Source: Oopsacas minuta (Eukaryota; Animalia; Porifera). Taken from it: a DNA stretch of 64,000 nucleotides. The notes below the pieces were generated by a model. The model saw only the letters and a program-made list of their open reading frames with translations, was not told where the DNA came from and searched no databases. Shown here piece after piece: positions 33,868 through 45,700 of this stretch. Positions within the stretch are counted from its first letter, which is position 1. Each line of letters begins with the position of its first letter. A program made the translations under genes and the position numbers. The stretch lies in assembly GCA_024704765.1 (NCBI GenBank), contig JAKMXF010000340.1, positions 159,911 through 223,910 of the forward strand, read 5' to 3'.

Positions 33868-35019
33868 TCATTTATACATGTGTAATCTATGCCTTTCTAG
33901 TAATTGTGGGAAATCTGTAACATTAAAACTTGTTTTCTGTTTCTTCCTGCTAAACCTCTTAATACAAGCTGAAATAAACATTTGTGTAGAAATAGCATAC
34001 AAAGGTAATCCCAGAAGAAGAAAATGGACAGATACCAACACAAGAGTTCCAAATTCTAAAATAGCATCCACAGTTACATATAATTGAGTATCTTGTATCG
34101 GAATGACATTGACATTTGCCACACTGTTGATAGGTATGCAGGAATATGAAATGAATGTAAATACAATGACCATGTAATTATGGAAAATGAGGGTAAACAC
34201 ACCAAGAAACAACGCAGTTAATAGGATAGGCATGAAATAATTGTATGTTTGTAAGAGTTGAGATTGTTCTCTATAGAGATTTCGATTTGTGTAATGTAAG
34301 TCTAAATCTCTAACATTTGACGCAAGAACGTGACGTAGTTTTCTACAGTTTCTCACTAAAACACACCAGTCAAGCATTACCATTAATGGAGCGATGATAA
34401 ATTGCAAAATATAAATTTGTATATTCGTCAATATCAATACAACTGTGAATTGAGAAGTAAATAGGAATAGATATTTGATACAGGATTTGTAATATCTGTG
34501 TATGTAGTATCTGTTTGCAAGATACTCTGTAAGGAATGAAAGTAATAGAAGAAATAGAATTGCTCCAATAGATATACATGAATATATTAATATTCCATAA
34601 AATCTGTTGTAAGTTCCGAGAAATATTTCAGTAGAAAAATTATTCTTCAAGAATTTGTCGAATTGACAATCAGCCGGTGTTAGAATTGGTGTACTTGTGA
34701 CCGTAAATCGCATCCATATTGATGTTCTAATCCCACTAATTAACACAACAACAACCTCACAAACTTCCGCACAACATAGAAATATTAAAATTACATCCTT
34801 CACTATGTGCGTTTCGAGGTTATATATAATTCTATCTTGTTCACGATGATCACGAAAATCCTCTTTTTTATTCATTTTATACGAATTTATTGATTGAATT
34901 AGATGTTGTACAACTTTTACTGTCCATATTGTATAGAAAATACATACAAGTAAGGTGATTATTGAAGATATTGATAACTTAACGATCCAGTAATTCAAAT
35001 TTAGATTGTTGATACCCAT
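33868..35019 (-). CDS. Orphan 7-transmembrane (GPCR-like) protein, copy B
   Basis: 383-aa ORF, near-identical to copy A except for a divergent first extracellular loop. Confidence 0.8.
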   Translation of the reverse strand: MGINNLNLNYWIVKLSISSIITLLVCIFYTIWTVKVVQHLIQSINSYKMNKKEDFRDHREQDRIIYNLETHIVKDVILIFLCCAEVCEVVVVLISGIRTSIWMRFTVTSTPILTPADCQFDKFLKNNFSTEIFLGTYNRFYGILIYSCISIGAILFLLLLSFLTEYLANRYYIHRYYKSCIKYLFLFTSQFTVVLILTNIQIYILQFIIAPLMVMLDWCVLVRNCRKLRHVLASNVRDLDLHYTNRNLYREQSQLLQTYNYFMPILLTALFLGVFTLIFHNYMVIVFTFISYSCIPINSVANVNVIPIQDTQLYVTVDAILEFGTLVLVSVHFLLLGLPLYAISTQMFISACIKRFSRKKQKTSFNVTDFPQLLERHRLHMYK

Positions 35020-35349
35020 TAGTGTAATTCATGAAACTTAATTCTATTGAATATATATATATATATATATGTATAATAGTATACCTTGTGTAATATTCGT
35101 TACTACACAGAAATTGGGGAAATAATCAGTTTTGTATTAGAAAGGAGGATATTTGGCTGCTCAAATTATATATTTTTTCCAGATTTCTTGTTCATACCAT
35201 TTGAAAATGTATTTAGTATTACATATAGTATTATTAGTATAGGAGAAGATACAGATTTCTGGCCACAAATATTACACAATACCATATTAATTATTATCAA
35301 AGTTGATAATGGTACTGTTCTCTTATAATTAGAAGTATAGGGTCTATAC

Positions 35350-35931
35350 CAGGGGTTTATCTAGGTAAGGGGTTCCCAACCTGTGGCACGCGTACCCTTG
35401 GGTACGCCAGGACTATTTCAAGGAGTACGCGAGAAGTTTGAGCCATTTACGAATATTATTTTCAAATTTGTAATTATGATACATGTAATTTGACAGAAGA
35501 TTTGCAATAATAATATTATATGACGTAGAATATGAACTTAGGCGTAATGATTTAATTACTTTTCTATTACACACAATTGAGTAATAGACCTTTGAAATAG
35601 CGAATGAATTCATATAACTTTTACCAAAGAAGCCTAATTAGTATATTTTCAGTCAATATATAATGGTAATGAAAGTTGGAATTTACAATGGAGGTACGCG
35701 GTGAATATCCTTTTTGCATAGTAGGACATGGGCTACAAAAGGTTGGGAACCCCTGATCTAGATGCTTGGCTGGCACCTAAAAGTGCCAGTTCAGCGACAA
35801 TATAGGACAAAAGTGCCGGTCATGAGACTCAAATTAGTCAGGATCAATATGTCACCGTCCAGAAAAGTGCCATCCCTGGAGAACCAGGGTAAGAAAAAGT
35901 GCCGGTCCAGAAATTTATGTATAAACCCCTG
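35350..35931. mobile_element. Non-autonomous hAT-like element (outer), interrupted by a second element
   Basis: TIR CAGGGGTTTAT / ATAAACCCCTG; flanks GTCTATAC / GCCTATAG; degraded copy at about 36320-36475. Confidence 0.7.
35367..35755. mobile_element. Non-autonomous hAT (Charlie/Buster-like) element nested in the previous one
   Basis: TIR AGGGGTTCCCAACCT / AGGTTGGGAACCCCTG; TSD ATCTAGGT / ATCTAGAT fits the nTCTAGAn target. Confidence 0.8.
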
Positions 35932-36705
35932 GCCTATAGATTTCGGGAATAGTAAAGTTTCTTTGAAAAGAGAAGTAGATTTGTAGAGAAATTCTATTTG
36001 CAATTAAAAATTGCGCGATACTTAGGAAAACTTCTGAAGCGGTTAAATACTCATGGGTATATCCAATGTTAGCCTTCAAGAGCTCTTCATTATACCTCTA
36101 TTACTCGTTTATGATCCTTATATATATTATTATATTGTTAAATCTGCATACAGCTATCTACGTTGAATTGTTTTCAGAGGGCATGTCCCCCAAAATCACT
36201 CACTCCACCCCACTAAGTGATCTCAGAATCCGGAAGGGAATCTGGTTCAAAGAACAGATACTTTGCATGCCTATGAGCTACAGCCCCCTCAAATAGTGAA
36301 AGTTGCTTCGTTCTTGAGTCAGGACAGGCACCTAAGTGTCAGTTCAGCATCCATGAAGGACAAAAATTGCCGACTATGAGACTAAAATTTGTATAGGATA
36401 CTATGTTCCCGCCCAAAAGTTTCTCCCCAAGGGGGCAAGAATGGTGTCAGCCAGAAATTCCTGAATAAACCCCTGCCTCCCATAGACTGCAATACATCAT
36501 ATGGCCCCTGCTCTTCTCAGTGGACCCCAAGTTGGGAACCGTATGATATATAAAAAATTGAAATGAATTTTTCATAAATATAATGTTGAATATATTTCAA
36601 TACAAATATGTTTTGTAAGTTAAATAACAGATAAAATGTAGAAATAAATATTTTAAAGATTAAAATAGAATTATTACATATATGAAGTTAGTGAATAAGG
36701 TTTAA

Positions 36706-39700
36706 TTATAATCTAGTGTCTCTAAATCCAGATTCATCTTGTGAAAAGTCTACATCAGAGGATTGCATCACTTTTGAAGCATTAAGCTAGAGTGTATATA
36801 TATATTTAAAGAGAAGGCTATATTCTTATGAAATTCACAAATAGTTGGTAATATTGAATAATAAGAACTATACTAATTGACGGAAGTTTCGCTAGCTTAG
36901 CTATGCTCAAGCCTGATAGTTCTTTGTACAGCTATTAATATAACTAACCTGAGTAAGACGAGGGGAGTATCTAGCACTAGGAGGAGTCCTTATAGAATTC
37001 CCATATGATAAGCTAGAGTTAGCAATAGAAGCTTGTTTGGAGCGAGATGAGAAGTCTAACGTATTAGAACGGTTCTCCTACACACAAATTAATATCAAAA
37101 TTCTGAATCTACGAACAAAATTTTTAGCTAGAATGGCCCGCTTAAATACTCTTCCTTTGCTATGATCGTAATAAACCGGAGGTTTTTGAATACAGTAGAA
37201 TCTCAATTTAATGGCTATTACAATTGCGAGATGAGGCGACGATCGATAAAGTGAGGCGGTAACTGGCCTCTTTGCCTCAATGCCAGTTATGCCATTGCTT
37301 TGCTCACCACATTTCTAGAATCGGCCCGATCTTATCAAAAATTGCATGCACTTCCAGATAGCATCCTTACGAAGTGACTATACCCCATGAGCTTCCTTAC
37401 CCAGTAGCGGTCCTAGGGGTTGGAAAATAGGTTATTGGACAAGGTTTTGATTTTGTGCCTCGGGCAGCCGCGGGTTTGCCAGATACTCTCCAAACGTTCC
37501 TGTTCCTGTAACATAGAATGTATTTGTGGAATTGAAAAATTAAGACAGGACAAGTTGAGATATCTAGACCTAACTAAAATCCAAATTTGGTCAAAACCAG
37601 GAGCTGTTTTCGCTGGATAGCATAAGCGCAAAGTAGGCCCATGAGTCTGGGTGGGAAAAGATGACGTCATGCCAACCCGGCCTATACCCTATGTTGTAAT
37701 GGAGTCAAACCGGGTGGGCACGTGCTCACCAAAATAGCACCTAGTTGCGCGTAAACTTACAAGCATTAAAGACTCCTGTAGTGTAAGGTCAGAGAGTGGA
37801 TCATCAAGCCTACCATTGGTAGCAGCTAATAGTGGAGTGTGTGACTGTGTTCTGTACTTCTCTCTTTCCTTCCTTGAAGAGAGTATCACAATACAGAATA
37901 CGAACAGACACAGGAACAGAACTAAAAGAAAAACATGGCGATAAAGTAACAGGGGTGTAGGAAGCGAGTTCTGAGGCGAACTTAGTTGCCCGGCTTCAAG
38001 GCCGTGAGTAGTTAATGATTCGTTGATAAGTTATCACGAGTACTTAGTTATGGAAAATTTTCAGATGAAAGGGTGGATAGGTAGGAGCTGCCCTGTTAAA
38101 CTTTTAAGAAAGATGGTCTATTATATTGACGGAATGTAATATCCATCCCTCCGTGTGTTTGATCCTGTGAAATCTAACACTCCAATTAACATGAAAATGT
38201 GAATACAGGTATATTGTAGAGTATAGATGTGTACCTGGGGTCTAGAATTTCCGAAAATGAGAATTTTTCATACCTTTTGGCAATAAAACATTACACTTTT
38301 GAAAATAGTTGAAATTAAAGATTCTAATCCAGATAATACGAATTAGTGGATTGAAAAGTGTTTCGAGAATTCCACTCATTTTGGGCAAACTGTATGTGAA
38401 AGAATGCACACCAAATTAACTGTATAACATTTCTAAACTGACCTGCCAAGAATATGATCACTACAATTATTATTATGATAGCAACAAGTGAGGTAACAGA
38501 TACTGGTGTAGTTGGCGTTGTTGTTACATTAAGAGTTAAGCTTGGTGTTGTCAGTGAAGGATCTGAATGAGAAAAAATATATAACGTCTACATTATATCA
38601 GTGTTTCATAAATTTTGGTTATGTAGCGATCAGGGTTTGGTAATGACATATTTTGGAGTGTACGTGCGCTGCAGTGTGTGCACTCCTTCAAAAATGGAGC
38701 GCTGCTCCTGAATCATGAATGGAGTGTGCTCCAGGTCCCGCTCTTTGTAGCACCATAAGCTCTGTATATCGAAACAATATCAAAATATCAAAAAACAAAA
38801 TTATAGACATTTTCGATTACATTTTCAATATTTTCAGATTTTGGTGCTAATCAATTGATCACTTACCAACACAATGAGGTGCTGTCTCTATTAGAACAAA
38901 GTTCGCTTGCTCTACACTCCCTACACTGGTAACAGCCTTCACTTTGAACTCGTAAGCTAAATGAAATATTAATTAAGAATAAACGTGTAATCCTGTTGAG
39001 TAGCTGATTACTCACAAGTTGAATAAATAAGATCTTCTACTGTCTTTGTTGTAGCAATAGTAGAATCTAAAACCTGTCTATCGACAAGGAATTCAAAGTT
39101 CTTCAGTAATCCGTTGAGATGGAAAACATTAGACCAATCAATTGTCACTGTGTTACAGAGCCTGCGTACACTCAGTGTGTCTCTTACCTCAGGTTCTAGA
39201 TAATTTTCAGAATATAATTAAGTATTGGGAGGTAAGCGAGGGGTAATTGTAATAGAATGTTGATGACAGTAGAATCTACTAGGACACCGGTTAACCTGGT
39301 TAATCGGGTCACAAAAGACAGAAATAGAAACATACCAATGGTCTCAATTGATTCCCGTTAATCGGGTCAATACCTTTCTCTACGCTTAATATGGTCAAAA
39401 TGGCCTGGTCCCGATGTGACCCTATTAAGAGGAGTCTACTGTAATGACGTCACAATTACAAATTCTTCCCTAAGATTCAACCCGCAATTACTTTACAATT
39501 ACAGCAAACAAATTTCATAATAGCCCAAGAACACTGATTCCGAATATGATATTGTACAAACGTATTATGAAGATTCAATTTGTTGTTGTTGTTATGTGTA
39601 TCAAATACACAAATATTAAAAGTTCCAGAAAGTGTTCAACCGTTATATTGGCGTAATCGAGTACGCTAACCCCGAACTTTCAAGTTTTCATATGTAATTT

Positions 39701-42700
39701 GTTATTGTTCTTATGAAAACGATAATCGAGGTATAAAGTGTCAAGTTCCTAAGAATGTTCGAAAGCCGCGGAGCACAAGCAAGCGGAGCGGAGTCGTTAC
39801 TTGGATAATCCATTACAATTGCAATTACAATAGTCAGGTGAGTCTATTCAAACAAAATTGTTAAACTAACAGAACACAAACTAAAATATAGTCCGCCAGT
39901 AGTTAAGAGATAACAAACACAATCTCTGTATCAGGGACAGACAATAATATAGCCTCATGAAATTGAGAATATAATTTGAAATGAGTATCCTCATTGGATT
40001 AAAGGCTGTGAGAGACTAGTGTACGAAGAATTTATAGCAAATGATTACAAATTAGATGATAAGATATTATGGGAATGGTAAAATATGTGAAAACACAGAT
40101 CCTTCGATTATCGATACAAAAAGGTAATTTTCCATTTATAAGAAATTCGGGTATGTAGTTTACCTGCAGAATCAGTAGTATAGAATCTAGAAGGAGGAGA
40201 TTGTTGTGCTGAATGACTATTAGCTGCAACCAAGAAGAATTGGTATGTAGCATAAGGAGTCAATCCTTGAGCTGTACCAGACAGGATATCTCCTGCTCCT
40301 GTGTAGAAAGTAGTTGTAGTACCGTACTGACAACTGCCTGGATTGATGTGAGGCTGTGTGGGCTGTGGGCAAACAGACTGTGCAAGGATAGAATAACTAA
40401 AAGATTCAAGTAAATCAATTTTCAATACAGTGTCACCTCCACAAACGAGGTGCCAGAGAAACAGAAAAATGCTAGAAAGTTGCTACACTTTGTAAATACT
40501 TGACAACTTACCTGGTGAGAATTCCATTAGGTTTAGTAGGTAATACCCATGTGAATACAATTTCCCGAGCAGAAATGATGTCAGCAACTGGCGGAGATAC
40601 TCCTTCAGGTGTATACTCTCCTGTACTGAGTGCAGCTGCCTCACTAGTAGCACATCCTGCCACAGTACATGCTGTCACATTTATATAATAGATCGTGTAT
40701 GGAAGTAGGTTTGTGATAGTGGTAGTGTTCTCCGTGCCTAATAATGGAAGAGAATATCTATGATAAAGTTTGTAAGGATCTAAATGAATTCGTAACTTCG
40801 GTCATAGATAAAATATACAGCTATATATGTGCAGGAGAAGGCCAGTTTCATTGTCATCAATTTTAGAAAACGAAACTCATATTTTAGACTTTTGGTGCTT
40901 CAAGATACGTATGTATAATCCATTGCGATCACTTATAAAGCCCAAACGGCCATCTTTCATTTCATTTGGACGAAATTTAAGCAATTAGTTAGCATTAACA
41001 TATCTTGTATAATCTATAATTTCGTATACAAAATGTTTGTTAGAGATCTCTACGGTCTAGTGTTGGTATACACCAGGGTTGCCGTGGGTATGGGAATTCC
41101 ACAGAAATTCTGTGGGAATGCGATGGGAATTGTAACATCCGTACCCACGGCAACCCTAGCAAACCAGATATACGTATAAGTAATTACCTGTCAATTCTGC
41201 TACTTGCACATCATCTCTGTACACAATATAACTGGTAATAATACCATTAGTTGTTTCTGGAGGTAAAATGAAAAGTGTAATAGAAGTATGTGTGCTTGAA
41301 AGTAACTCTGGTGGAACCACATCCATCGGTATTCCCTCTACTGTACGCACCGTTTCCCATTCACTAACTGCCTGTCCAACAGTGTTAATAGCTACAACTT
41401 TATATTGAAAATCTGTATATAGCTTCAAGTCAGTGGAATTATCAATAATGAAAAGTTGATTGTATACAATTGCAACTAGTATTTCATCTGAAAAAGTTGT
41501 CTGTCCATTTACATTGAAAACTTCTCTACGGAAAACTCTATATTCTGTGATAATACCATTAGGCATATCAGGTGCTTCCCATTGTGTGAGGACAGCAGGA
41601 CCTTGCAGTGCAGTCAGTGTCGGCACAGGTTGTCCAATAGGTGTATCAGGGCTAGTAACGACTGTAGCGATCTGACTCTCTGTGCATGTAGTAGTACATG
41701 CACGTATCATAACGTTATACATTGTAAACGGCTGCAATTCAGTGACAATATACTCAAACTGTAGCCCAGTGAATACCACTGTATTTTCAACGAGTAGATC
41801 ATAACGTGTTATAAGACCATTTGGTATTTGGGGTACAGACCATTCTGCCTTGAATGAAGTGGAGGTCAACGGAGTGAGTGTAGGCGCGTCGAGTAACTCG
41901 GGTGCATCAGGCGACGTGGTTATGACAGTGCTTTGACTAGGATCACTTCTCCCTATCGAAGTATACGCACGTATTGAGTATACATAGGTTTTAGCCGGCC
42001 GTAAATTTGTATCTGCAAATTGCCTGTTCTGAGTATTGTTAGTAAACAGCACTACACTACCGTTCCTGATTACGTCATAACCAATTATAACACCATTCGG
42101 CATAGATGGTACTTGCCAAGTTACCAAAGTTGACTTACTGCTTGTAACACTGACTACAGGAGCAGGCTGTCCAGAAGGGATATACTCTAAAGTCAAAATA
42201 TTCGAAGTAGGACCTACACTACAACCTATAGCAGTACAAGCTATTATAGCAATACGGTATATAGTGTAAGGTGATAGGTTAGTTTGAGTGTGTATGAAGG
42301 GTGTTATTGTATTTGATTGATCAACGTCATCAATTGATAGCATATACGATTGTATTACACCATTTGGTTTCGTAGGAGGGTCCCATCTAACCTCTACCTC
42401 AGAGAATGACACAGCTGTAAGGCTAGGAGCGATTACGCCCTCGGGAATGCTCTCAAGTGTCTGTTCCACTGTGATCTCACTTGTAACACAACCTCCACGG
42501 CTGTTACATGCAGTAATCTGATAGCTGTAGTCCGTGAACGGGTCTAGATTAGTATCAAAATACACAAACGCATTACTCAATGATACAATAGTATTACCAT
42601 CACGTATTACGTCATAATTGGTTATTACACCATTCGGTGAGGAGGGTGTTGTCCACTGTATACGCATTTCAGTGGCGAGCACCGCTTGAACGTTTGGAGC

Positions 42701-45700
42701 CGCAATACCTTGAGGTACTCCTTCATCTGTTTGCTCTGAAATGAAATCACTCTGTGTAAAGCCAACACTGTTCTCTGCAGTGATAGCATAACTGTAGAAT
42801 GAATAAGGTAGCAGGCCTGTGTCAATGAAGTTACGTAGAGTTATATTAAATACAGTGTGTATTTGAGAAAGTGTGTTATCAGGGTCCATACGATGTATTA
42901 GAAATCTAATTATGTTACCATTCGGACTGAGTGGGAGTTGCCAAGTTATACGGATAGAAGAAGAACCTAACGTCTCAAGGAAGGGAGCATTTAAATTATC
43001 TGGTGGGATTTCCGCGGTTGTCAACACCTGTAAATCACCATTAGTGCAGCCGGCTGAAGTACAAGCTTGTAAGTATAATTCATAGTCAGTGAAAGGTGTC
43101 AAAAGTCGGTAAGTAAACGAATTCGACACACCCCTAAAAATAGGATTTACTCCAAGATATATCAGATACTCACTGATAACACCATTCGGTTTCAGAGGTT
43201 CATTCCATGATAAATCTAATGAACTACCAGATGGATCAGCTGTGTACATAATAAGCTGTAAGAGCTCAGGGCTATCTTCAGCTGTCGTCGCAGGTACCCA
43301 AGTTGTGATAACCTGACCTATACTATTATTAGCTGCTATTCTAAACTCATAACTAGATCCAGGTTCAAGATCTTGTAACTGTGTTGAGGTTGTACTACCG
43401 TTAACTGTTAACAGCAACACAGGGTCACGGTTCATTGGTATCGGGTTAAGGGGTGTGGTAATTATACGTGCGTATATGTGGTATATTAATATTATCCCAT
43501 TAGGTTGAGCAGGCTCATCCCAGTTTAATATTAAAGAGCGTGCAGTAACAGATGACACTGTAGATGCAGCGAATAACATTGGCAATGCTTCTAATGTACT
43601 TTCGGATGCTTCAGCACTTGTGACACTACCTGCGCTATTACGTACTTTCACAGTGTATGTGTAGAGTGTGAAGGCATTTAGGTTGTCAATATCTATCATG
43701 TTGATCTCAGGTGGGACTGGGATTTGTAATGGCGGTTCATTGGCTGTGGTTTGTAATAGCTCATAACCTATGAGGATACCATTGAGAACAGCTGGTGGAT
43801 TCCATGATACACGTATTGAAGATGAAGATAACGCCAATAGAAATACAGGATCTATTCCAATAGGTGGTGCTTCTAGTGTTGTAATTAATACTGCATTAGA
43901 GAGAGCACAGCCACTACGTGTGCAGGCTGATACACGGAAACTATACTGTGTAAATGGTATTAGCCCGGTACGTGTAAAGCTGAGCTGTGTTGTATCTGTT
44001 AATGTAACGAAATTGACGTTATCCTGATACAAATCGTATTGTATTATTACACCATTAGGAAGTGTGGGTGGTATCCATTCGAGGAAAACAGCTGTAGCAT
44101 TCACAGCTGTCAAAATAGGCGGGTCTAACCCAGAGGGCGTCGAATCGGGTGTAGATACTGTAGCGGCCCCACTAATGACAGAACCTACATTGTTAAAAGC
44201 CTCGATTATGTAGCTGTAGGTTGTACTAGCAAATATGTCTGTGTCTATATACGTGAAATTAGTAGTGTTCAATATTATGACGTCATTTTTGCGTAGCAAA
44301 TAATACTGTATTATACCATTAGGTGAACTGGGTGGTGACCAACTTATCTCTAATTCATCAAATCGTATAATCGTTAGAATAGGCGGATCGATTGTAGTAG
44401 GAGGTATTTCAGAGGTAGAGAATGTAGTCGGTGAGCTGGATACACATCCAAAGCTGTTACAGGCTTCTAGAGTGTATGTGTATTGAGTGAATGCATTTAG
44501 TCCTGTAATAGTAGTTGTTAGTGCAAAACCTGTAAATATTGTGTTGCCATCTGAATCGTATATTGTGTAATTAACAATGATACCGTTAGGAAATAAAGGG
44601 TTAGTCCATGCTAATTCGATGCTATTCGGAGTGATTAGAGTTGCGAAAGGTATATCTAATAACTCGGGAGTACTTTCAGATGTTTTGGTAGAAACTGCGT
44701 CACTTCTTGTACAACCAATAATAGTGCAAGCAGATATCATATAAGTAAAAGTGGTGAAGGGCAATAAATTCATATCTGTGTATTGAGTGCTATCATTGAC
44801 GGTAGCTATTTCTTGGCCATCTCTATACACAATATAACTTATGATAATGCCATTAGGTTGTGTGGGGGCTGTCAATTGGATTCGTATTGCAGTAGCTGAT
44901 AACACTGTAAGAATAGGTGGGTTAATATCAGTTGGAGTGAATTCAAGAGTAAGTATAGAAATCTCAGGGCTAATAGTCTCTCCTGCTGCATTTGACACCC
45001 CAACGTATGCTAGATAATTAGTGAATGGTGTCAACCCTGTTACACGATATGATAAATTGAGGCCAGTGAAAACCGCAGTTGTCTGATAACAAATTTGTGT
45101 ATTAGAATTCAATAAGTCAATACTATCGCATGTATGTGTTGAAAATGGAAAATCGCATCGATTACAATAGGCTGTGCTTGACTGTGCATTAGGACACGTG
45201 ACACCTGTACCACAGTTGGCACCAGTTGATGTAGACCTATCAGAACATGTCTCCAGCTGTGAATTATAACCACGGTTATTACAACATGATAATTGTGAAG
45301 GGATTGCCGTGACGTCACAACACTTCTCATCTGCGTAAGATTTATTTGCTGGACTTGCGTATGAGATTACCTAGGAATAATAGAGAAATCAGCAAATATT
45401 CTCAAAACTAAACACAAAGCAGGCGAAATATTACGCCCTAGACAACTGTGATATTGTTCCGCCATTCACTCAATTTTCAGCATTGAAGAGTAAAATTTCT
45501 AAATTAAAAGATTATACCGCTGGCCGGCCGGCTACCCCATAATAATAAGTGCCACCCTAGGAGATTTCCTAGTTCGCTTAATGGAAGGACTGGTATTGGA
45601 TTTTCCCCATTTTATCGAGATTTTTAGATTTTATTAGGTTAGCATTAGTAAAGTATAGCCGTCACAGTAAATAATACATCTAACACGTTTCGAGGAATAC

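Larger units (their letters stand above)
31817..35075. repeat. Large palindrome: arms about 31817-33343 and 33563-35075, spacer about 220 bp
   Basis: The arms are reverse complements across the 5' flank, CDS and 3' flank of the two 7TM genes. Confidence 0.92.
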
